Source: a virus. From it: a stretch of DNA of 31,873 nucleotides. The position numbers were made by a program, and so were the translations under genes. The notes below the pieces were generated by a model. It was not told the DNA's origin, did no database searches, and saw only the letters and a program-made list of their open reading frames with translations. The stretch lies in the IMG/VR virus record IMGVR_UViG_3300045988_079015, positions 1 through 31,873 of that record; one strand, written 5' to 3'. Each line of letters starts with the position of its first letter. The stretch's first letter is position 1. Below are positions 17,391-24,584 of this stretch, piece after piece.

Positions 17391-19049
17391 TTATAGTGTG
17401 ATTAGCCCTAGATCTAATACTCCTGTGTCTGCTTCTTTTAGTTCATCATTCAATTCTGTTGCTATAAGTCCATGCAAAAATGAAAAGAAGCCATCTGTTT
17501 TACGCAAAATAGGCTCAATCTTTTCATATGACTTATTCCCCTTTTTATCTGTGCGTACGGCAACATTCCAAATATACCAACGCATTAGCTTGTTGTTTTC
17601 AAATGCAATTGTGCCATTTGCAAACATACTTGTTATAATTGGTGCAAGAAGTGAATGCGTTACTGTACCATTAGGTACACCCACTAATTCAAGCCCGGCT
17701 ATTTCAAAGGCTTCTTTTAAAGCTACATACTTGAATCTATCTGCATAAACCTTTTTAACATGATAGGTTTTTGCTTGCATTTTAAACCAATCAACAATTA
17801 GTTTGGGTGGAATCACCGGATCACCGCTCACGATTGTAACATAGCCACTTTTTACAAGTTCTTCAACATTAATTTTATAGTCTTTTAGCTTTAAAGATTC
17901 TGCATGTATGAATGTATGCTCCTTGTAGTAGTGCATCCCGTTGCGTTTAAAAATAAGCCCAACTGAGCAAAAGTCCCTTAATTCTGCAAAGTCTACTGCG
18001 CCTATGCATGGAGAATTTTCCATACTTGGCCATTCATGCGAGCATGCTTGCATTAAGTTTTCCCATGTTGTTACTGTTTTTTCTTTTGAAGCATATGCAA
18101 GATTTAACCTCTTCAGTATGAACTTTTCTTTCTTGTCCTCTATGTTCTTTGCATTCGCATATTCTTTCATGACTTGCCGTCTTAATGTTTCGTCATAACG
18201 CAATCGCGGTATTGCTTTAACAAATAAGTCCGGCTTCCCAAATTCCTGTATGTTGTCCATTTTAAAAATAAAAGGGAATCTGCCGTTGTGTGGGGTTTCC
18301 CCTGTCAATATTTCCAATGATTCTCTTTTTAAATCGTCGATAACTGCATCTCTTACGGATCCGTCTGTTGTTAAATATATGATACGTGGCTTTGCAACTT
18401 TTCCGAGTCCGCCTTCTAAAACTGTAATTAAATCATAGTTTTGGTACTCGTGTACCTCGTCAAATATGATTGCGCCTTGCCTTCCTCCGTCTTTCGTCTT
18501 TGCATTAGATGTTAAATATCCTAATGTTGACTGCGTTGCTTTATTATAGATTTTTTGCAAATTCCATCTGTATAGCTGCTTGTATTTCTTTGGGTTTGAT
18601 TCCAAAATATCATACACTTCGTTGAATGATGTTGTGGCTTGCTTTTCTGAATTTGCAACAACATCTACGTCATACTTTCTCACCCCGTTATATTCTGAGG
18701 TTAAATACATACTATCCATGGAAGCCGTGCCGTTCTTTCCGGTGCCTCGCCCCCACAAGTTAAAGTTTTCGTTAAAAACGGGATATTCCGTTCCCTTTTC
18801 GTAAAGGCCGTAAAATATTGCAAATCGAAAAAGCTGATAATCATGCATTTTGAACGGGAAGTTGCGATGCAGCATTGATACTGCCTCTTCAGTTGCATTT
18901 GCTCTAAATTCAATATTCTTATTATCAAGTATTTCGCGTATAAATGGCATTAAAAGTTTCTGTTCTCTGCAAGCGGGAATTTGTGCTTGTTCCACCTTTC
19001 GCATCCAATCAGTTATGAATGGGTGATACGGGTATGTCCTACGAGCCAT
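17391..19049 (-). CDS. terL: Terminase large subunit
   Basis: 552 aa. A Walker A-like WGRGTGKNG and a Walker B-like IIFDEVHE are present, and its start overlaps the TerS stop. Confidence 0.9.
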   Translation of the reverse strand: MARRTYPYHPFITDWMRKVEQAQIPACREQKLLMPFIREILDNKNIEFRANATEEAVSMLHRNFPFKMHDYQLFRFAIFYGLYEKGTEYPVFNENFNLWGRGTGKNGTASMDSMYLTSEYNGVRKYDVDVVANSEKQATTSFNEVYDILESNPKKYKQLYRWNLQKIYNKATQSTLGYLTSNAKTKDGGRQGAIIFDEVHEYQNYDLITVLEGGLGKVAKPRIIYLTTDGSVRDAVIDDLKRESLEILTGETPHNGRFPFIFKMDNIQEFGKPDLFVKAIPRLRYDETLRRQVMKEYANAKNIEDKKEKFILKRLNLAYASKEKTVTTWENLMQACSHEWPSMENSPCIGAVDFAELRDFCSVGLIFKRNGMHYYKEHTFIHAESLKLKDYKINVEELVKSGYVTIVSGDPVIPPKLIVDWFKMQAKTYHVKKVYADRFKYVALKEAFEIAGLELVGVPNGTVTHSLLAPIITSMFANGTIAFENNKLMRWYIWNVAVRTDKKGNKSYEKIEPILRKTDGFFSFLHGLIATELNDELKEADTGVLDLGLITL

Positions 19050-19369
19050 TATAGTTTTACTTCTTCTTCCTCAATTGGAATATCTGCCCCTCTTAGCCCT
19101 AATTCGGCTAAAATTTTAAGCATTTGATTATTAACTTTTGTTAATTCTGTTACAGATTCATTCTTTTTTTTGCCAAATTGGGACGGCCCATTATTCCATC
19201 CAACTGTTACTCCACGTTCCCTTATATCATCAATTAATCTATTCTTTACGTTCCACAATTCAATATAATCTTCTACGAGTGATACGTATTGAGTTTGCTT
19301 GTCCATGCCCCTTTGCTGAAGCTGCTTCATTAAATCATTTTTTAGTTTATTTGCCGTGATTTTTGCCAT
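19049..19369 (-). CDS. terS: Terminase small subunit (P27 family)
   Basis: I placed the start at ATG 19369 (MAKITANKL), which has a GGGGTG RBS. At 106 aa it matches P27-type TerS in size and sequence style. Confidence 0.75.
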   Translation of the reverse strand: MAKITANKLKNDLMKQLQQRGMDKQTQYVSLVEDYIELWNVKNRLIDDIRERGVTVGWNNGPSQFGKKKNESVTELTKVNNQMLKILAELGLRGADIPIEEEEVKL

Positions 19370-19509
19370 ACGTTTCACCCCTTTTTTTTGATTGTACCCC
19401 CTCCCCCTCCCACGTTTATATGCGCGCGGTGATTTTTCCGGAGCAATGACCCTGTCTCGTTTCCCGTTGTCAGAAAAATTCAAAATATTTTTAGTGGGGG
19501 TATTATCTT

Positions 19510-19812
19510 TTATTCAAATTTTGCTTTATGATACTTTGATTCCTTTTGCACCTTTTCCGGGTGCGCTTTGTCATGGCAACTGCTACATAATGCAATTAGA
19601 TTATTATTATTCAATCGCAAGCTGTAATTGTTCCGTAAGTGTTTAATGTGATGTATATCAATCCTATCTGTTTTGATGCAAGATACTTTGCCTTGCTTCT
19701 TACATTCCTGGCATTCATAGTTATCACGTTTCAATATCTCTTCGCGTTTTAACTTCCATGCTTTCGTTTTGTAGAATCTTTGTATTTGTTCTTTCGTCGC
19801 CTTGTCTTTCAT
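19510..19812 (-). CDS. HNH endonuclease (packaging-associated)
   Basis: 100 aa. It contains CQECKK...HHIKH...N...LCSSCH. The position just upstream of terS is typical of HK97-like cos phages. Confidence 0.85.
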   Translation of the reverse strand: MKDKATKEQIQRFYKTKAWKLKREEILKRDNYECQECKKQGKVSCIKTDRIDIHHIKHLRNNYSLRLNNNNLIALCSSCHDKAHPEKVQKESKYHKAKFE

Positions 19813-19821
19813 TTCTTTTTA

Positions 19822-19856
19822 TAAAACAAAAACACCTTGATTGCTTATCAAAGTGT
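19822..19856 (-). terminator. Hairpin plus T-run between the late-activator gene and the HNH gene
   Basis: The minus strand reads acactttgat-aagca-atcaaggtgt (10 bp including one G-U pair) followed by tttttgtttt. Confidence 0.5.
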
Positions 19857-19973
19857 CTTTGTGTTGGTATGCTTATATAAAGAAGATCGTTACATGAGGA
19901 AGTGTCGCCCTTCACCTTCTCACAATACAAATATACCATGTATATTTTCCCCTATGTCCCAATATTTTAAAAA

Positions 19974-20363
19974 TCATATAATTTTTAAATTTATTGCTAC
20001 GTGAAAAATAAATCTTGCCTTGTAGTTCCCGTATGTGTTTTTCGCTGCATCGTTCGGATAGCGCTTGTAGATTGTTATATTCTCCCATACCCCCTTGCGG
20101 TATTCGGGCGGTATTGTTTCGAGCGCCTGTTCAATTGCTTTTATCTTTGTTATATATATATCCCTCTTCAGTGCCTTTGCTTCTATCATTCCCGCTGTGC
20201 CTGTGCCTTTTGGCATTCCATCCGGTGGTGGTGGTGATTCTTCTAGTATTGCTTGTGCGCTTTCTTTTAGCCTTTTGTAATCTCTTATTATCCATACCGT
20301 TGCATTGTATGCTTCGCGTGGTAAGTGATATTTGTTATTGTGCTTTCGTTGATATTCTTTCAT
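19974..20363 (-). CDS. Putative late-gene transcriptional activator (RinA/ArpU-like)
   Basis: 129 aa, placed immediately before the packaging genes. The N-terminal IIRDYKRLKE and C-terminal AIEQALETIPPEYRKGVWENI resemble sigma-region-4-like phage activators as I remember them. Confidence 0.5.
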   Translation of the reverse strand: MKEYQRKHNNKYHLPREAYNATVWIIRDYKRLKESAQAILEESPPPPDGMPKGTGTAGMIEAKALKRDIYITKIKAIEQALETIPPEYRKGVWENITIYKRYPNDAAKNTYGNYKARFIFHVAINLKII

Positions 20364-20379
20364 CGCATTCTAAAATTGC

Positions 20380-21180
20380 TTAGCAAAAACTAAACTGTAC
20401 CTCCCCTTTTATTCTCTTTACAGATTCCTCGCGTACCCTTTTACCGCGTGGCCACACTTTATACTTGCGTGGTTCATCAATCGCAATTTCTGTATACTCA
20501 AGATATTCAATTCCCGTTACAGGATGTTCATATCTGCGTATTGAATCTTTGTCTATGTAATAGCCCTTTATTGGTTGTGGATCTTCAAATAAAAGATATG
20601 CGTTTACAGGCTCGCGCTTGATTATTGGTGTTTCAAGATTACGGCTACATGCATATCTTCTCTGCACGGGGCAATCCTCTTCTCTGAATGTCTTTTGAGT
20701 TTCTTTGATTAAATAATTAGCAAGCTTTTTATAATCACCGCTATTATCAAGCAAGCTTGTGCGTACCCATCCTTTGCCCCATTTTTCGTTTACTAATTCT
20801 GCATTTACTGTATTGATAATAATGTGGTGGTGTATTCTGTGATTGTTATATTCTGTTACCGCCACCCACTTAATTTTTTTACCTAGTGCAGTACGCATTC
20901 TTCTTATAAAATTCTTCAAATCTTTCTTTGCTTCCTGTGGTGTTGGAAGATACTCCCCATATGTCAAGGTATAGTGTGCGCTACCCTTGCCAAAATTGTG
21001 GTTAATCTTTCTGCGCAAATTTCTTTCTGCGATAATATCATTATTTTTTCTTACAGCCTCTTCAGTCGCGTTTGTTCTCTTGCCTCTGCTTCCTTTATGA
21101 TTTCCGCTTGGCATCTTGATTATTCTTTCAATTGTTCTGCCCGCTATACATGTTTCTCTTATCGCAAAATGTTTTATCAT
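20380..21180 (-). CDS. HUH-superfamily rolling-circle replication initiator-like protein
   Basis: 266 aa with three ordered motifs: motif I-like HYTLTY, HUH motif HRIHHHIII and Y-x-x-K motif ANYLIKET. An AAAGGAA RBS is present. Confidence 0.6.
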   Translation of the reverse strand: MIKHFAIRETCIAGRTIERIIKMPSGNHKGSRGKRTNATEEAVRKNNDIIAERNLRRKINHNFGKGSAHYTLTYGEYLPTPQEAKKDLKNFIRRMRTALGKKIKWVAVTEYNNHRIHHHIIINTVNAELVNEKWGKGWVRTSLLDNSGDYKKLANYLIKETQKTFREEDCPVQRRYACSRNLETPIIKREPVNAYLLFEDPQPIKGYYIDKDSIRRYEHPVTGIEYLEYTEIAIDEPRKYKVWPRGKRVREESVKRIKGEVQFSFC

Positions 21181-21248
21181 GTCTGTATCGTTCCTTTATT
21201 AATACTCTTATCAAGTCTTAATGCAAGGCTTTCACTTGCGCTGCTTTT

Positions 21249-21266
21249 CTACATATATATATGTAG
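21249..21266. repeat. Perfect 18-bp palindrome upstream of the Rep-like gene
   Basis: ctacatatatatatgtag lies between the methylase stop (21272) and the Rep start (21180). No T-run follows it on the transcribed strand. Confidence 0.6.
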
Positions 21267-21271
21267 TTATT

Positions 21272-21959
21272 TTATAGATTGAATTTTATTTGCGCCTTTT
21301 CTTCTTCCAAACGCGCTTTTGCCTTTTGATAATATTCTTTGTCAATTTCAAATGCAGTTATTTCAAAACCCATTCTGTGGCATGCTATAAGGCTGCTACC
21401 ACTTCCCGCGTGTGTGTCCAAAATCTTATCGCCCTTATTTGCGTATTGACTTAGTAGCCATTCATACAGTGCAACGGGCTTTTGTGTTGGGTGGAATCTT
21501 GGTTCAGCTTTCGTTCCCTGTGGGGCGCGTTCAAATACTTTTGCATTCCCATTGAGGCTTGTCCACGCATACTCAGCCATTGCCATTGTAAATGATTCCG
21601 ATATTGGTATTTTCCGCCATACGATAAAATTTCTATTTGAGGGAAGATACTCGTTGAAGTAATTGCCACCCCATATTATTTGATGCTTACTAATTCTAAA
21701 TAATTCATCAAAGTATTCTTTGCCCGGCGCTATATCCCAATCAATGATTTTTTTACCATACTTTTTAAAATAGCCGCCGCCTGTTCTGCAAGGCTTTTTA
21801 TACTTATCAAAACGCGCCCCACCTCTTGTTTTCTTTTCCCATTCTTCCACCCCCCCCACTTCCGTAAGGTGGGTCAACGATTGCTAAATCAAAATATTTG
21901 TCCGGATATTCGCGCATTGCTTCCATGCAATCGCAGTTATAAAAACCCTCTTTTTTCAT
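21272..21959 (-). pseudogene. N6/N4 DNA methyltransferase (DPPY type) interrupted by a frameshift in a G8 tract
   Basis: The N-terminal frame (MKKEGFYNCDC...IVDPPYGSGGGG) and the C-terminal frame (...FHPTQKP...DTHAGSGSS) overlap at the C8 run 21850..21857 (G8 on the coding strand). Removing one G gives one continuous ORF. Confidence 0.7.
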
Positions 21960-22342
21960 TCCTTGCCTTCCCCTTTTAGAATTTCGCATATAAAAGCTGC
22001 ATTGCATGCTATATGCTTATAGTGTTCAATTTTGCTTTCGGGGTCTACGCTTAGTGGATCTTCTACCACTGATAGTAAGTGGCGGTATAGTGCAGCGATA
22101 TATCTTTCAAGTTCAACATTCTTCCAATTATCACGGCTTCCGTATTTCCTGTTGCCATACTCCCTTACTTCTGCAATGTCCCTTACAATTTGTGTTGGTA
22201 CTAATGTTAGATTAGGTTTTCCCGCGTCTGCCTTTGCTTCTTGGTTGCCACCCATGAAATGTATTACTTCTTCCGTCACCTGTGGATATGCCGTATTAAA
22301 TGTTTCGTTCCCTTCGCTATCATAGTATGCTGTTCTGCTCAT
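21956..22342 (-). CDS. DUF5664-like protein (related to the dATP/dGTP diphosphohydrolase N-terminal domain)
   Basis: I placed the start at ATG 22342, which has an AAGGGG RBS. The pattern GKPNLTLVP...VREYGNRKYG..DNW...RYIAALYRHL...HIACNAAF matches that phage family as I remember it. Confidence 0.55.
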   Translation of the reverse strand: MSRTAYYDSEGNETFNTAYPQVTEEVIHFMGGNQEAKADAGKPNLTLVPTQIVRDIAEVREYGNRKYGSRDNWKNVELERYIAALYRHLLSVVEDPLSVDPESKIEHYKHIACNAAFICEILKGEGKE

Positions 22343-22640
22343 GATGTACCCCTTCATGTCTTATCTTCATGCCTTTTGCAATCGCAAAGCCATATTCTGC
22401 GCATGCCCCCGGTGATTGCTTCCAATCGTTGAGCATATATATTTCATTTGCTTTATTTAAAAATGCAAAACTTACAAGCATATAATCTTCCCATGTTGCA
22501 AGCTTGTTATTTGGTAACACTGTTTCCGCGGGATTGATTACTTCATAGCCTCTTGCCTTTAGGTATTCTGCTGCGGTTTTGAATTTTGCTTTATATAAGA
22601 TGTCCCCTGTTATCTTCCCGCTTATATATATTTTTTTCAT
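22320..22640 (-). CDS. DUF4406-like (nucleoside 2-deoxyribosyltransferase-like) protein
   Basis: 106 aa. The pattern MKKIYISGKITG...VINP...W.DYM...IYMLNDWKQSPGACAEYGFA is typical of DUF4406. Confidence 0.6.
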   Translation of the reverse strand: MKKIYISGKITGDILYKAKFKTAAEYLKARGYEVINPAETVLPNNKLATWEDYMLVSFAFLNKANEIYMLNDWKQSPGACAEYGFAIAKGMKIRHEGVHHEQNSIL

Positions 22641-22685
22641 TTTTATAACCTCTTCAGTTCTTGCTTGCTATATAAAGTTATTCTC

Positions 22686-22988
22686 TTACAGCCCAATACG
22701 TTCTTTAACCCTTACAATAAATTTTTTCTTTTCTAGCAATATCGTTAGGTCTAATGCAAGCCGGTCTAATTGGTAGGGGTCAATTCTCCCACAATATGGA
22801 TGTTTCTCTACATTTGCTATATCATATGCTTTGATTTCTAATTCCTTTTTTTTATATTCTATGTCCTTTTCTATTCGGTCTACTTCATTATTGATGAAGC
22901 TATCTATATTATTAATTTTTCTTAGGCGCTCTCGCATTGTGTTTTCTGCTATTGTTTCGCTTATTGCTTGCTCATCTTTACTTAGCAT
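22686..22988 (-). CDS. Hypothetical phage protein (100 aa)
   Basis: The ORF is coupled to its neighbours. I recognise no family. Confidence 0.5.
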   Translation of the reverse strand: MLSKDEQAISETIAENTMRERLRKINNIDSFINNEVDRIEKDIEYKKKELEIKAYDIANVEKHPYCGRIDPYQLDRLALDLTILLEKKKFIVRVKERIGL

Positions 22989-23425
22989 TATTTAACCTCT
23001 TCAGTTCCTTCTATCAAATTATGATTTTCGTATATATTTCCTATTACTTTCAGCCCATAAAGCCATATGTTATCTTCGCATAAATCTTCTAGTTCAAGGT
23101 TGGTTCGTTTTCTTTTGTCCTTTGGTATATCTTTATAATCAATCAAAAAGCGCCCATCTGCATAATGTACTCGCCACTTCTTCCAATCCTCTTGATTTTC
23201 TGATGCTGTACTTAGCAAGATGTCCCCCTCGTATATCTCTACTCCGTTTAAATCTTTTAGCCCTGTGGACTGCATAAGAACCCCATCCGGTTTTCTCCCT
23301 GTAATAAATAACAATCCATATGCATACTCAATCTCACATGTGATTGTATCTGAGGTCATGTTTATGCTTACAACCTCTTCCATTTCTTTTGTATTTAAAA
23401 TCCATACCCTAAATTTTGGAATCAT
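22988..23425 (-). CDS. YopX-family protein
   Basis: 145 aa. It contains KFRVW...QSTGLKDLNGVEIYEGDIL...VIGNIYENHNLI, the classic YopX pattern. Confidence 0.75.
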   Translation of the reverse strand: MIPKFRVWILNTKEMEEVVSINMTSDTITCEIEYAYGLLFITGRKPDGVLMQSTGLKDLNGVEIYEGDILLSTASENQEDWKKWRVHYADGRFLIDYKDIPKDKRKRTNLELEDLCEDNIWLYGLKVIGNIYENHNLIEGTEEVK

Positions 23426-23699
23426 GTTTTACCTCTTCAATCCTTATCTTCTCTTTGCACCATTCTCTGTGCCATTCGGCATGCATTTGTAAAAGCTTTA
23501 GCCATTCTGCTGTGTATTCTAATGCTTCAACATTGTTGCTTCTTATATCTTCATCAATTAGCTTCATGAACAGATTCATAACCTTATCTTGATATTCGTT
23601 CTTTCTGTTCTGCTTGATAAATTTATTCGTTGCTGCTCTGCCTGTTGCTAGTCCAAATAGCATTGCCGTCATTGAAATGACTGCATATATCAATATCAT
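23409..23699 (-). CDS. Hypothetical protein with an N-terminal TM helix (96 aa)
   Basis: ATG start with a GAAGAGGTG RBS and a hydrophobic N-terminus, ILIYAVISMTAMLFGLA. Confidence 0.5.
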   Translation of the reverse strand: MILIYAVISMTAMLFGLATGRAATNKFIKQNRKNEYQDKVMNLFMKLIDEDIRSNNVEALEYTAEWLKLLQMHAEWHREWCKEKIRIEEVKHDSKI

Positions 23700-23703
23700 T
23701 AGT

Positions 23704-23949
23704 TCACCTCTTCAGCTTCTTCAGTTTATTCAATTTTGTTTCAACGAGCGATATTTTTATAAACAAATATACAATCGCTACTGCACTTGTTATACTAATC
23801 GTAAGTGCTATGTACATTATCAAAATTATCATTTGTTCCATTTCTTTTTTTAATTCTGTAAATAGCCACGCGCTTATAACAATTTCAATGACAATTAACA
23901 TTGTTATCAATATCCAATGTATTATTTTTTTCTTTTGATAATTATTCAT
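23704..23949 (-). CDS. Small membrane protein (81 aa, two TM helices)
   Basis: GAGGAAG RBS and two long hydrophobic stretches. Confidence 0.5.
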   Translation of the reverse strand: MNNYQKKKIIHWILITMLIVIEIVISAWLFTELKKEMEQMIILIMYIALTISITSAVAIVYLFIKISLVETKLNKLKKLKR

Positions 23950-23962
23950 TTTTTCTTCCTCG

Positions 23963-24163
23963 TTATAGTTGCTTTAACCTCTTTACATGTGAGCATCTAA
24001 AAATATAGTTGTCTTGATCACCTTCGCAAAAATAATGCTTTGGATTGCCGTACCTGTCTTTATTTTCTTCTGTCTTTCTCAAAATGCCTCTATATGCAAA
24101 ATCATCAAATAGCGTTACTTCTACATGCTGGCCTAAATAATTTTCTAATTCACTTCTTTTCAT
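23963..24163 (-). CDS. Hypothetical phage protein (66 aa)
   Basis: AAAGAGG RBS. Its ATG overlaps the TGA of the upstream reading frame (ATGA). Confidence 0.5.
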   Translation of the reverse strand: MKRSELENYLGQHVEVTLFDDFAYRGILRKTEENKDRYGNPKHYFCEGDQDNYIFRCSHVKRLKQL

Positions 24164-24567
24164 TTTTTTACCTCTTTATATGGTTCGGGTAGTGGCATCC
24201 ATGCCGTGTATGTTATTCCTTTATTCAGTCCTACAAATAAGCTTTCTATCCATACATGCTTGCCATCTGTCAATAATACATTCTCTAGTGGGTGTGGAAG
24301 TTCGCTTGCCTTTTCTTTTATGTACGTACTGCCCTTTTCTTTTTTTTATATTGTTATAGGTCGCCACTGCATGTTGTTTTCATCCGTTGCAGTTTCATGT
24401 TTTAGCTGTTCTTCTATGCACTGTATCTCTACTTGTATATCAGTTCTTAACCTCTTCAGTGATTTTTCTGCTTTTCCACCATTCTTTTCAATTGTTAGAT
24501 CTATGCCTTTTAGTCCTTCCTTTAAATAACTTTTAGCATATATCAATATCTTTTCATTTGTTATCAT
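24160..24567 (-). pseudogene. DUF551-like gene interrupted by an in-frame TAA (upstream part 24346..24567 is an intact 73-aa ORF)
   Basis: The same frame continues past the TAA at 24348..24346 as KKEKGSTYIKEKASELPHPLENVLLTDGKHVWIESLFVGLNKGITYTAWMPLPEPYKEVKK. It ends in an ATGA overlap with the next gene. The downstream part has no ATG/GTG start or RBS of its own. Confidence 0.5.
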
Positions 24568-24584
24568 CTTTAGCCACCGTTCTT

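Noticed and set aside
18701-18928. 75-aa ORF inside terL
   Set aside because: It is an out-of-frame shadow of the terminase large subunit.
19724-19939. 71-aa ORF overlapping the HNH gene start and the upstream intergenic region
   Set aside because: It overlaps the HNH coding frame and spans the terminator-like hairpin. It has no RBS.
21451-21669. 72-aa ORF inside the DPPY methylase
   Set aside because: It is an alternative frame of a gene with clear motifs and has no RBS.
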